A DNA stretch of 64,000 nucleotides from a virus. Below, piece by piece: positions 18,860 through 28,426 of this stretch. Made by a program: the position numbers and the translations under genes. The stretch's first letter is position 1, and every line of letters begins with the position of its first letter. The notes under the pieces are model-generated. The model made no database searches. It was not told the DNA's origin and worked only from the letters and a program-made list of their open reading frames with translations. The stretch lies in the IMG/VR virus record IMGVR_UViG_3300045988_181536, positions 32,001 to 96,000 of that record, one strand, 5' to 3'.

Positions 18860-20685
18860 TGGACGGAGACAATACAACACAAGCATACTTTGCAAGAAAT
18901 TCCGCAGTTAATACTGATATAAACTTTGCGGAATGCGGTAGTTTTTGGCATCAGCTGTTAAAAGGCAAAACAAGGCAAGCGGCCAAAACAATGTCGAAAA
19001 TGCCTATGTTGTCATCCGCATTTACAGATGTAAACAACAGTTGGGCTAATATTTATAATGATGATAAAAATTTATATCTGACGAATAGGGAATATTTCTT
19101 TAAGTTGTCAGATGTAAAATTTTTAATCTGTGACAATGCTGACTCGGTTGATTTAAATACTGCTTTAAATGCAGAAACTTCTAAAGTATATAACTTTAAT
19201 GTAGATTCATTAACTCTTTATTTAAGCGAATCTACGCAATTTTCTGATAATCAATCTATTGTATTATTAATTCCTTTTGATTCCAGCGACGATGAGTCCG
19301 AATTAAAAGATTTGGAATTATTCAGCATTCAATCCTGGGATCAGACTGAAAATACAAGCAATACAACGTTTCTAAATGTTTTTTATGCTGGAGTGCATTT
19401 TCGCCAATCTGAAAAATATGTCGGATTTTTATTGCCATTATCTGCGGGTTTAACGCTATCGGACTTTACCGACACCTCTAAAACTAAATCTGAAAGAGCA
19501 AATCTGCTTTGGGATTTCTTTTTAACGCATTTTAAATATGACGGGATTAATGGCAGTTTTATTTATAATGCTAAAGTTAGAGGGCAAAACAAATATCGCA
19601 AATCTATTTATAATGCGATAATTGGTTTAAGCAATATACCTATAGGCATTGAAGCTCTGCAGGCTAGCAATTATGTAAAAGGTTCCGACCAAAGCGTAGT
19701 AAACTTTGGAAAAACATTAAATGCCATGTTTGGAGGAACTGCGGTAGATTTTCAATGCGACTTAACTGCAGAAAATATTGCAAATGCTTATTATTTAGGG
19801 AATGGATTTTATGCTTATAAGCTTGTTAACAAAGTAGTGGGTGTGCCACCCTTTGCCGCAGAAGATTTGGTGATGCGCACATCTCAAAATCCTAATTCTT
19901 TAAACACTGTTTATTTTAAAATTTCCGTAAATGAAGATGCGCAAAATCCGCAAATTGAGTTTTTACAAGCTGAAGTTTTAAAGCGTACGCAACAATATAC
20001 GATAATTACAAAAGGCAAAACCAATATTTCACAAGATACTACCTTATATCCTGGAGATTATCTTGTTAATCCTATTAATGTATACTACAATAACGGTAAA
20101 GATTATTGGTGGGATCCTTCGCGTACAAATAATACTCCGGGAGCTTGTTGGACAACGGAAAACATTGAAGGAAATCCTTACTCAATAGGATTGCCTTTTG
20201 ATACACTTAGTTCTTCTTGGAAAATATTATGGGATAGAAATCGATATACTATTGATTACAAGGCTACGGGTTATGTAACTTATAATGATAGGAAAATATT
20301 AACCGATACACTAGAAAATTATAATTACTTTTATATAGACGGCGCATCTACATTTAATTCCAGCAGGTTTATAACATATGCTTTAGCCTTACGCTACGGA
20401 GTTAACTGGAAAGATGGAAAATTGAAGTATCTATTAAATGACTATACTTCGACGACTCAACTTGATTGGTTTTTTAAATATATTATTTCTAATGCGGTAA
20501 TTATAGAAATAAATATTGAGGTTTTAAAATCATTATATGATAATATATCTAAAATTTTAAATGCCATTCAACAAGCTGGAGTTTCATTATGCCCTATTGG
20601 TATGATTCCGATATTTAAAATAAATAAAGGAAATAAAGGAAATTATCAATGGGTTGATCCCAGATGGTATACACCTGATAGCTAA
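18859..20685 (+). CDS. large virion protein
   Basis: 608-aa ORF. ATGG overlap with the previous gene. Confidence 0.45.
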   Translation: MDGDNTTQAYFARNSAVNTDINFAECGSFWHQLLKGKTRQAAKTMSKMPMLSSAFTDVNNSWANIYNDDKNLYLTNREYFFKLSDVKFLICDNADSVDLNTALNAETSKVYNFNVDSLTLYLSESTQFSDNQSIVLLIPFDSSDDESELKDLELFSIQSWDQTENTSNTTFLNVFYAGVHFRQSEKYVGFLLPLSAGLTLSDFTDTSKTKSERANLLWDFFLTHFKYDGINGSFIYNAKVRGQNKYRKSIYNAIIGLSNIPIGIEALQASNYVKGSDQSVVNFGKTLNAMFGGTAVDFQCDLTAENIANAYYLGNGFYAYKLVNKVVGVPPFAAEDLVMRTSQNPNSLNTVYFKISVNEDAQNPQIEFLQAEVLKRTQQYTIITKGKTNISQDTTLYPGDYLVNPINVYYNNGKDYWWDPSRTNNTPGACWTTENIEGNPYSIGLPFDTLSSSWKILWDRNRYTIDYKATGYVTYNDRKILTDTLENYNYFYIDGASTFNSSRFITYALALRYGVNWKDGKLKYLLNDYTSTTQLDWFFKYIISNAVIIEINIEVLKSLYDNISKILNAIQQAGVSLCPIGMIPIFKINKGNKGNYQWVDPRWYTPDS

Positions 20686-20688
20686 AAA

Positions 20689-21135
20689 ATGAGCGCCCCA
20701 TCAAATAATACCAGTGTTACGTTAACCAAGTCTGATACGACCAAGACCGACTTGTCTTGGATTGCCAATATAAGCGGTTTTCCTGTAAAAGTAACTGCTA
20801 CTGGAACAGGAATGCTTGAAGGAGGTTATGTATTTGTCAAACAATTGACGGGAACAGGTTTAGATCCTAACCAAGGCGATATGTTTAATAGAATTGCATC
20901 CGTGCCTGATATAACGGATTTGCCTACTATTGAAACTATAGAAAGTATGAATGAATCCGATATTCAAGGATTAATTACGCCGTTTTATAGGGATAACACA
21001 ATAGAACTATTTTTTGAAACTCCGGAACTTGCAGAAAGAGGTTGGCAAATAATTAAATCCGATACACAATTATTGGTAGATAATTTAAAATTAATAGATG
21101 TTATTCAACCCTCTGAAACTATAACCATTTCTTGA
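20689..21135 (+). CDS. hypothetical structural protein
   Basis: 148-aa ORF. Confidence 0.4.
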   Translation: MSAPSNNTSVTLTKSDTTKTDLSWIANISGFPVKVTATGTGMLEGGYVFVKQLTGTGLDPNQGDMFNRIASVPDITDLPTIETIESMNESDIQGLITPFYRDNTIELFFETPELAERGWQIIKSDTQLLVDNLKLIDVIQPSETITIS

Positions 21136-21138
21136 CGT

Positions 21139-21858
21139 ATGAGTAGCGGCAGTGACGAAATTTGTTATGTAACAGCATTACCTGGCATTATGGATCCTTC
21201 TACATCCGAGGTTGGATCATCGTCTAAAAATTCTGCCAATAAGGAGTACACAGATCCTAACGGGGATTTAAATATTTTCATAGACGGTCCTTATAATGCA
21301 GCTGAAACGGATTTTGACAGTTTGCGATTTAAGGTTTTTATATCCAAAGAAGATGCCAGAAACAAATGTGTTGTTTTAGATAAAACTTCAGCGGCGGCAT
21401 CGAGTGACGACGAGTCAATTGATCCTACGGAAGTAATTATTTATTACGAAACGGATGACAGTAATGCTGATTACGAAAATTTATATTTAAGAATCAAACA
21501 TCAACAATTAATGTTGGCACGCGGCACATATGTAGTTCGTGTATTTAAAAAAGTTCTGGAAGATGCTAATGAGGAAGATGATACCACGGATGGTTATGAA
21601 CAAATCCGTGTGTTTACCTTAACTGTAAGGTCAAATCCCATTCAAGGAAACTGTGTTAACAACAAATATTTATCTACTGCGTTTCAAGGAGGCAATTTAA
21701 TCAATCGGGGCGACGGGTGGAATGACTATAATAAATCTTGCGGTTGCGGCAGCATTTCTGTTGCAAAACAATTAATGGCTTTAGGTTATTGTAAAATAAG
21801 CCAAGAATTGGATGAAATAAATGGCGAGCAACCTAACGATCAGGAGACCAATCCTTAA
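21139..21858 (+). CDS. hypothetical protein
   Basis: 239-aa ORF. Confidence 0.4.
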   Translation: MSSGSDEICYVTALPGIMDPSTSEVGSSSKNSANKEYTDPNGDLNIFIDGPYNAAETDFDSLRFKVFISKEDARNKCVVLDKTSAAASSDDESIDPTEVIIYYETDDSNADYENLYLRIKHQQLMLARGTYVVRVFKKVLEDANEEDDTTDGYEQIRVFTLTVRSNPIQGNCVNNKYLSTAFQGGNLINRGDGWNDYNKSCGCGSISVAKQLMALGYCKISQELDEINGEQPNDQETNP

Positions 21859-23498
21859 TGTCCGAATGTTTAACTCCAACAAATTGTAAAGCAAAGTCTT
21901 TAGTAACAAAATGCGGTAGCGTATCTGAAAAGTTTGCATATCTGATGCAGACTAAAGATTTAATGCGTAAAATGTTAATTTCCAAAGGTCAAGATGTGCC
22001 TAAGGACTTGCCTTTTCGCGATTATATAGAAAAGATTGCTGCTTTAGTTCCTACCACGGATGTCGTTACTTCTATAATTGATTATAAAGGCGACACCCAT
22101 AAAGGCGATGTAACTGTAGATAAAAACTTTATTAATTTATCTAATGTAGACAATACTGCCGATATTGATAAACCGATTTCGACGGCAACGCAGGAAGCTT
22201 TAGATTTAAAGCAAAATATTACTGACGATAGTCTGGAGACTGAGGCTAAAACAATTGTCGGCGCTATTAACGAATTAGACGGTGAAGTTGCAACTAACAC
22301 TGCAAACATAGGAACACTGCAAACCACTGTCGGTAATGCAGAATCCGGTCTCGTAAAAGACGTTGCTGATAACACTAAGGCAATTGGAACCTTACAAACC
22401 TCACTTGCAGGCAAGCAAGATGCCATGATATCGGTTAACATTCAAGGCGAAGCTAAAACGACAATCCCTGATGCTTTAACTTCCTTAGATACAGCTCTTA
22501 CCGCAGTTAAAACAACTGCTGATGGCGCCGCTAAGGTTGATGCGTCCAATATCGTACCGGCTACGTGGAAAGGCGTTTTAGGTTATCAGTCAGCCAGTGA
22601 TGTAAGCGCAGCTGTCATTGCGGGTGTTACAACCAATACCTATGATGACAATCTGGATACCACGGCCAAGACAATTGTCGGTGCCATTAATGAAATCAAT
22701 ACCAGTAATTCTGGAAAACAAGACAGCAGCATTTCTATAGAGGGTATAACTGCTGACACTGTTGAAGGTGCTTTGACTGAACTTGATACGGATATATCTG
22801 CGTTGCAAAATAAGACGCAGAATATAAGTCAAGCTTCATCCGGATCTACTCAGTTTACTGGAACAGTCCAAGCTGATACGTTTTCGGGCACCACGATTAG
22901 TGGACAAACGATCACAGCAGGTACCCAGTTAACTGTTAATGGCTCAGTAACGGGTTCTGCCATTCAGACCACACTAAGCGCTTCTTCGACGGATCAACAG
23001 CTGCCTTCTGCGAAAGCTGTATACGACGGCTTGGCTGCAAAGCAAGATGCACTGACATACTATGAAGAAAGTACAGCTAGCGGTGGTTCCGTAACCGTAG
23101 GCGCTACCACACAAGCTGAAACTCCTCCGAGTGCTGTAACAGTAGCTAATGCTAATATAAGCGTACAGCTAACCACCTCAACGTTAGATACAATTAACAC
23201 AAATGGTGGCATAGTAAATCGTGAAACTGCTTTTAAATCGACGAGTCAAACAGGGTCGATTACCATACCATCAAATGTTAGTAGCTTGGCCGGATACAAA
23301 GTCGTATTTGACACCATAGCGTCAGAGGGTGGCGCCAAGTCCCGTACGGTCTTTGAATATGATGCAACTAATAACGTTTGGTATCGTGAAGTAATATTTG
23401 GAACAGGCACTTCAATTACTTCGATGAGTGGTGGCACTGTAAACTATGATTTAGGTGTTGCTGTTAGCAGCGCTAATATTGTGGTTTCCATGCTTTAA
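21858..23498 (+). CDS. tail fibre protein
   Basis: Ala/Thr/Gly-rich beta-rich fibre composition. Two internal copies of the module (E/D)T(E/T)AKTIVGAINE(L/I), a module also present three times in the next gene. Hairpin terminator downstream. Confidence 0.55.
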   Translation: MSECLTPTNCKAKSLVTKCGSVSEKFAYLMQTKDLMRKMLISKGQDVPKDLPFRDYIEKIAALVPTTDVVTSIIDYKGDTHKGDVTVDKNFINLSNVDNTADIDKPISTATQEALDLKQNITDDSLETEAKTIVGAINELDGEVATNTANIGTLQTTVGNAESGLVKDVADNTKAIGTLQTSLAGKQDAMISVNIQGEAKTTIPDALTSLDTALTAVKTTADGAAKVDASNIVPATWKGVLGYQSASDVSAAVIAGVTTNTYDDNLDTTAKTIVGAINEINTSNSGKQDSSISIEGITADTVEGALTELDTDISALQNKTQNISQASSGSTQFTGTVQADTFSGTTISGQTITAGTQLTVNGSVTGSAIQTTLSASSTDQQLPSAKAVYDGLAAKQDALTYYEESTASGGSVTVGATTQAETPPSAVTVANANISVQLTTSTLDTINTNGGIVNRETAFKSTSQTGSITIPSNVSSLAGYKVVFDTIASEGGAKSRTVFEYDATNNVWYREVIFGTGTSITSMSGGTVNYDLGVAVSSANIVVSML

Positions 23499-23520
23499 AC
23501 GTAAATCATATTATTTCTTA

Positions 23521-23553
23521 CAACTCCGAGAGGTTTCTCTCGGAGTTTTTTGT
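23521..23553 (+). terminator. rho-independent terminator
   Basis: aactccgagaggtttctctcggagtt followed by ttttttg. Confidence 0.6.
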
Positions 23554-23605
23554 TGCATTCTGATTACGCCTATGGCAAGCTAAACATAAATTCCATTAAA
23601 ACTAA

Positions 23606-26600
23606 ATGAGTACTCCTGTTACCACTTACGATAAACGACCTGTAATTGTTTCTCCCACTGCTCCAACATCTTTGGAACAATTAAGATATTTATGGTTAGA
23701 TATTTCTGAAACGACTCCTGTATTAAGATACTATAATAGTACCGGAATATGGGAAGCTATAAATGGTATCGATACCAGTAGTTTCTTAACAACCAATGGC
23801 GTTCAAACAATTACCGGAGCTAAGACCTTTAATACAGGAACCATTACAGTAGCGGATATTACTGTAAACGATGTTACTATAGAAGGTATCGATACCATTA
23901 AACTTACAGATGACGATACACATGTTCCGACATCTAAATTAGTAGAAGATACCTTGGTTAGTGCTATTTCCGGTTTAGAAACTTCTATTGATGGAAAATT
24001 AGCAACAAAAGCAAATACTGCTGACGTAGTATTAAAGACTGATATATCCACATCTATCCCAAGCGCAGGTGCAGTTGACACTAAGGTTGCTTCAGAAAAA
24101 GCTGTTGCAGATAGCTTAACAGCAAAGCAGAATACTCTTAAGTATTATTCTGAAGGAACTAATACTGTAACAATTGAGACACCAATTTACCCAAATACTA
24201 ATGTGTCCATCAAAGCCGGTGCTACTGGTTTAGAAATGGGGCATGGTTCCTCGGGTACCTCAACAACAGTGAAGCTTGGTGTTTTCAGCGCGGACACAGT
24301 ATCCCAGGGACTCACTGTCGCAGGGGGAGACGTAGATATTGTAGGTGACTTCCATATAAATGGATCTAGCCCCGACGTTACTACAATTGTTGATAGCATA
24401 AACATGGAAGGTGGTGGGGAAAATGCATTACCTACTGCAAACGCCGTGCGTGTTGCTGTTAACCAAATAAAGACCGACTTAGGATCAGCATTAACCTATA
24501 AGGGCAGTGTTGATACCTATGATCAACTCCCAGAAGAAGCTGCAGTAGGTGACACATGGAATGTTGCACAAGCATATCAAACATACCCCGCAGGTACAAA
24601 CTATGCGTGGACTGGCACCGCTTGGGACGCACTTGGTGGCTCGGTAGACCTCAGTGGATATCAAACAAAGTCAGATGATACACTTGCCACTTCTGCTAAA
24701 ACTGTGGTGGGTGCTATCAATGAAGTTAATACTACATTATCAAACAAACAAAATAAATTACTTTATTATTCTGAAACACCAGGAGATGCTCCTTCTGCTA
24801 CTATTTCTGTAACGAATATTAATCTTAGAGGTAGTGTTGCTGAAGGTTATAGTACAACCGCTTCAGGTCTATATTCTCATGCTGAAGGAAGTGGGACTGA
24901 AGCATCTGGAAATTATTCGCACTCTGAAGGATATAATACAAAAGCGAGTGCTAATTTTCAACATGTTTTAGGATTTTATAATATTGAAGATACTAATATT
25001 ACGCCATATATACCTGAAACAGCAAATCCTGTAGATACTAAAGGAATATATGCAACTATCATAGGTAATGGTCATTCAATTGATGAAAGAAGTAATGCTC
25101 AAACTGTATCTTGGACAGGTATTACTTGGTCTCAAACAGACGTAAGAGCTGGGGGAACCGATCAGGATTCAGCTACACATTCTTTAGCAGCTAAACAAAA
25201 TGCTACAGATAATTCACTTGAAACTACAGACAAAACTATTGTAGGAGCTATCAATGAATTAAAAACAGACAAACAGAACACATTAAAATATTATAGTGAG
25301 TCAGACTCTTCCACAGATCCATCCAGTAATAATGCGCAGGTTTCCATATCGGTAGGTTCTGATTATGAAGGAACTTTGAACTTAGGATCAGACTCTAGTA
25401 ATGGGATTCAAACTATTAATATTGGAGGTAGCGCAAACACTCGAAATATAAATATCGGTACAAAAGTTTGTGGAGAGAATAATACCGTTACAATTGGAAA
25501 TACCTCGGATGGTGTGTCCCTTACTATTAATGCACAGAGATCTCTTACATTAAATACTTCAGAAAACAGTGACCTACAGGGAACTGGAATTGCTAGAGAA
25601 GTAGCAGAAGCACCTACTAACAGAAAGCTTACCACAGAAAAAGCGGTTGCCTATAACACAAGCTTTAAAAAGGAAATAAATAAAATATATTTTAATAGTG
25701 GTAAGATTAATAATGACGTATTTCAACTTCCAAAGTTTCCTTTTACTATATGTGTAACGTGCAAGGTAGATAGTTGGTATTTTGATGTGTCAGAGAATGG
25801 ACAGCCTCTATTTCAGTTTGGAAATGGTTATAGAGTGACTACTTCCCCATGGGGGGGATTATATTTCCGTGATAATACTGATAGCCCTAAGGTTGCACTT
25901 GCTATCAGTGGAAGTACCACGGGAAACGAAACATACTTGTCAGAATATTTTGCGAGTTTAGGTAATATCGACGATTTTCTTGGAAAAAAACATACTATAG
26001 TTGCCATTGCAAGAGATCCAGGTGATAATCCCACGCGTCCGAATTGGAATATCTATTTAGACGGAGTAGAGGTTACAACTATCGCAGGTGCATCCAATAA
26101 GTTTAACGAAAACGCCACACCTCTTAATGTTCCTACACATTTTGTGGTAAATACAAGCAATCTAAACTTCTGGAATCAGCCAGCTTCAGACAATCCCCTT
26201 GAAATTTATGATATTAGTCTTTTTGATTTTGATTTGTCTGAAGAAGGAAGTGCATATAGTGTTTTAGATTACGCAAATGGCAAACTTATACCGCCAGAGT
26301 TATATGTAGAAGACATAACGTCTACATCTAATAAGCTTTGGTTTAAAGTTGATCCACAAATTTATGAATTTGGTGGAAAAAGAATATTAAAAGATCTTTC
26401 ACTGCATGGATTCGACTGCTATGTGTCCACAGCAGATAACACTGTGGCTACAGATGCAGATGCATCATATGACACTTTAATGAGTAAGGTGGATGACCAT
26501 CTTCTACCAAGCTGGATAGATAAAAAGGCTTCGCCTCAGCTTTATCTAGAACGCGGGGTTCTAAGTGTGCCAGAACTTGCCAATTATCCATTTAAATGGC

Positions 26601-28372
26601 CATTAACCTTAGCAATAGAATATGAGTTAGAATCTCTCACCGTAGGAAATGCTACAAATCAAAATTGTGTTTTCTTTAACTACTGGGATATTGAATGGAG
26701 TGACCCTGCACAACTCAAAGGATTTCGTTTAGAACTGATAGATAATGGAAGGCTATATTTATATTTAGGACATCCAAATGAGATAATATCTACAGAGCAA
26801 TTTGTAGCGTATACAACCAACGGAGGTAAAGGCATACCTACTGGAAAGCATACGATTGTGGTATGCATAGGTGGAGAAGTTGTAAATGGAGGCCCAGAGT
26901 ATCTTAAGATGTATCTAGATGGAAATGAACTAGATACTACTGTGGTAACGAAAACATTAAGTGGAAATAATCTTGCAGGAACAAGACCCCTGAGCATATG
27001 CAGTACTTGGAACTACTCTAATCCATCAACAACAGGAGGCGTATTAGTACCAATTAACATAGCAAGACCTTATATTTTTAACTTTAGAATAGATGACAAC
27101 TATACTCCATACACTCTTGAGGATTATGTTAAAGGTGTATGCTTGCCCGCAGAGATAACTCTCGGAAATCCAAATTTTACGTTTGGATCTATTTATGGTA
27201 ATGGTTGGTCAACAACAGACAACGGAACAAAAATAACTGTAACAAGTGCAAATACAACTTGGCCTGCTTTGTTTGCTAATGTGATTCCAAGGGGTTACTG
27301 CTGGAAATCCATATTAGACGTGAATCTAACATTTTCTGGAAACGCGGTGTTTGAAATATACACCCAATGCAAAAAAACTTACATTGAAGTTTATAATTAT
27401 TCCACCGGGGTAACAACCTTGTTTAGCTCCACAGGAAGAGAAGGAGGATGGGGCGGAGGAAATCCCTTTGGATTAAGCAGCTCTGGTCATTATAAAATAA
27501 CAATTTATGGTCACTATTCTACTGGTAAAAATACTGCAAATTTTGCAATAGGTCCTTTATCAAGTGGCACAATAACACGCACTGAAGTTAATCTGCAGTA
27601 CACAATTTTAGCCCCAGAGTCTTATACCATAACGGAGTATGACCAAGTAGATATAGCTTCACCATCTACATATAGTAATATGCAGATACGCTCAGTTGCA
27701 AGCAAGGTTTCAACTTCGATAAGCGGCGATGAAATAAAAATTACTGTAAATGAAGATTTGTCAGGTAATGCTTTGGCAATTTACTTCCCTGGATATGCGG
27801 AAATCGGAACCGAAAGATCATTATCCAGTGTCATAACCAGTCTAAGTGATTCTATTAAATCTATATATATTAGAGCTGCTCAAAATCAAAACTCAGATTT
27901 TGGTAGCCCATCTATGGTATTAACCTCTGACGTTCCGCAAAGAAGTATGACATTTTCTGAAGCAACTTCCATTAGCGGTATAGGGGTTACAATTTTATAT
28001 AACGGGTCAAATATATCTTCTGGTACTGTATTTACAATTAAAGGGCTACAAGTATCTGCAGACACACGTAAGATTATACCGGATTCTTCTGGAAATAATT
28101 ATACGGTGCTTGCTGTTGAATCTGGAAATATTAGTGGCACCAATGAGTATTGGACTGGTATAGTACGGGGTACTTCTGACAATGCACTATCTGTAACTGA
28201 GACTGCATTAAAAAAGAAACCACTAACATCTTTACAATTTAATGTGTATGGTACGGACAAAAAAATAATACCAGGAAAATATATGCGCTTAATATTTTCA
28301 CAAGATAGCAATGGCAATGTAACTCCAACATATATTTCTGAAGAAGAATGGAATGACGTTTATGACGTATAG
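23606..28372 (+). CDS. large tail fibre / receptor-binding protein with lectin-like C-terminal domains
   Basis: 1588 aa. N-terminal fibre region carries TSAKTVVGAINEV and TTDKTIVGAINEL modules. Tail-fibre repeats SHAEGSGTEASGNYSHSEGYNTKAS. Two C-terminal LamG/pentraxin-like jelly-roll segments (KHTIVAIARDPGDNPTRPNWNIYLDGVEV; KHTIVVCIGGEVVNGGPEYLKMYLDGNEL). Confidence 0.6.
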   Translation: MSTPVTTYDKRPVIVSPTAPTSLEQLRYLWLDISETTPVLRYYNSTGIWEAINGIDTSSFLTTNGVQTITGAKTFNTGTITVADITVNDVTIEGIDTIKLTDDDTHVPTSKLVEDTLVSAISGLETSIDGKLATKANTADVVLKTDISTSIPSAGAVDTKVASEKAVADSLTAKQNTLKYYSEGTNTVTIETPIYPNTNVSIKAGATGLEMGHGSSGTSTTVKLGVFSADTVSQGLTVAGGDVDIVGDFHINGSSPDVTTIVDSINMEGGGENALPTANAVRVAVNQIKTDLGSALTYKGSVDTYDQLPEEAAVGDTWNVAQAYQTYPAGTNYAWTGTAWDALGGSVDLSGYQTKSDDTLATSAKTVVGAINEVNTTLSNKQNKLLYYSETPGDAPSATISVTNINLRGSVAEGYSTTASGLYSHAEGSGTEASGNYSHSEGYNTKASANFQHVLGFYNIEDTNITPYIPETANPVDTKGIYATIIGNGHSIDERSNAQTVSWTGITWSQTDVRAGGTDQDSATHSLAAKQNATDNSLETTDKTIVGAINELKTDKQNTLKYYSESDSSTDPSSNNAQVSISVGSDYEGTLNLGSDSSNGIQTINIGGSANTRNINIGTKVCGENNTVTIGNTSDGVSLTINAQRSLTLNTSENSDLQGTGIAREVAEAPTNRKLTTEKAVAYNTSFKKEINKIYFNSGKINNDVFQLPKFPFTICVTCKVDSWYFDVSENGQPLFQFGNGYRVTTSPWGGLYFRDNTDSPKVALAISGSTTGNETYLSEYFASLGNIDDFLGKKHTIVAIARDPGDNPTRPNWNIYLDGVEVTTIAGASNKFNENATPLNVPTHFVVNTSNLNFWNQPASDNPLEIYDISLFDFDLSEEGSAYSVLDYANGKLIPPELYVEDITSTSNKLWFKVDPQIYEFGGKRILKDLSLHGFDCYVSTADNTVATDADASYDTLMSKVDDHLLPSWIDKKASPQLYLERGVLSVPELANYPFKWPLTLAIEYELESLTVGNATNQNCVFFNYWDIEWSDPAQLKGFRLELIDNGRLYLYLGHPNEIISTEQFVAYTTNGGKGIPTGKHTIVVCIGGEVVNGGPEYLKMYLDGNELDTTVVTKTLSGNNLAGTRPLSICSTWNYSNPSTTGGVLVPINIARPYIFNFRIDDNYTPYTLEDYVKGVCLPAEITLGNPNFTFGSIYGNGWSTTDNGTKITVTSANTTWPALFANVIPRGYCWKSILDVNLTFSGNAVFEIYTQCKKTYIEVYNYSTGVTTLFSSTGREGGWGGGNPFGLSSSGHYKITIYGHYSTGKNTANFAIGPLSSGTITRTEVNLQYTILAPESYTITEYDQVDIASPSTYSNMQIRSVASKVSTSISGDEIKITVNEDLSGNALAIYFPGYAEIGTERSLSSVITSLSDSIKSIYIRAAQNQNSDFGSPSMVLTSDVPQRSMTFSEATSISGIGVTILYNGSNISSGTVFTIKGLQVSADTRKIIPDSSGNNYTVLAVESGNISGTNEYWTGIVRGTSDNALSVTETALKKKPLTSLQFNVYGTDKKIIPGKYMRLIFSQDSNGNVTPTYISEEEWNDVYDV

Positions 28373-28379
28373 ATAAAAC

Positions 28380-28402
28380 AAGCCCACGCTTTAAAGCGTG
28401 GG
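28380..28402 (+). terminator. hairpin terminator
   Basis: gcccacgctttaaagcgtgggc, perfect 9-bp stem. Weak T tract. Confidence 0.4.
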
Positions 28403-28426
28403 CAAATTTGAAATAAATAAAAAGAA

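Noticed and set aside
21858-28372. Diversity-generating retroelement (DGR) acting on the tail fibres, because of near-repeats
   Set aside because: No reverse transcriptase or Avd-like gene anywhere in the window. The repeats are protein-module duplications and do not show the adenine-specific template/variable-repeat pattern.
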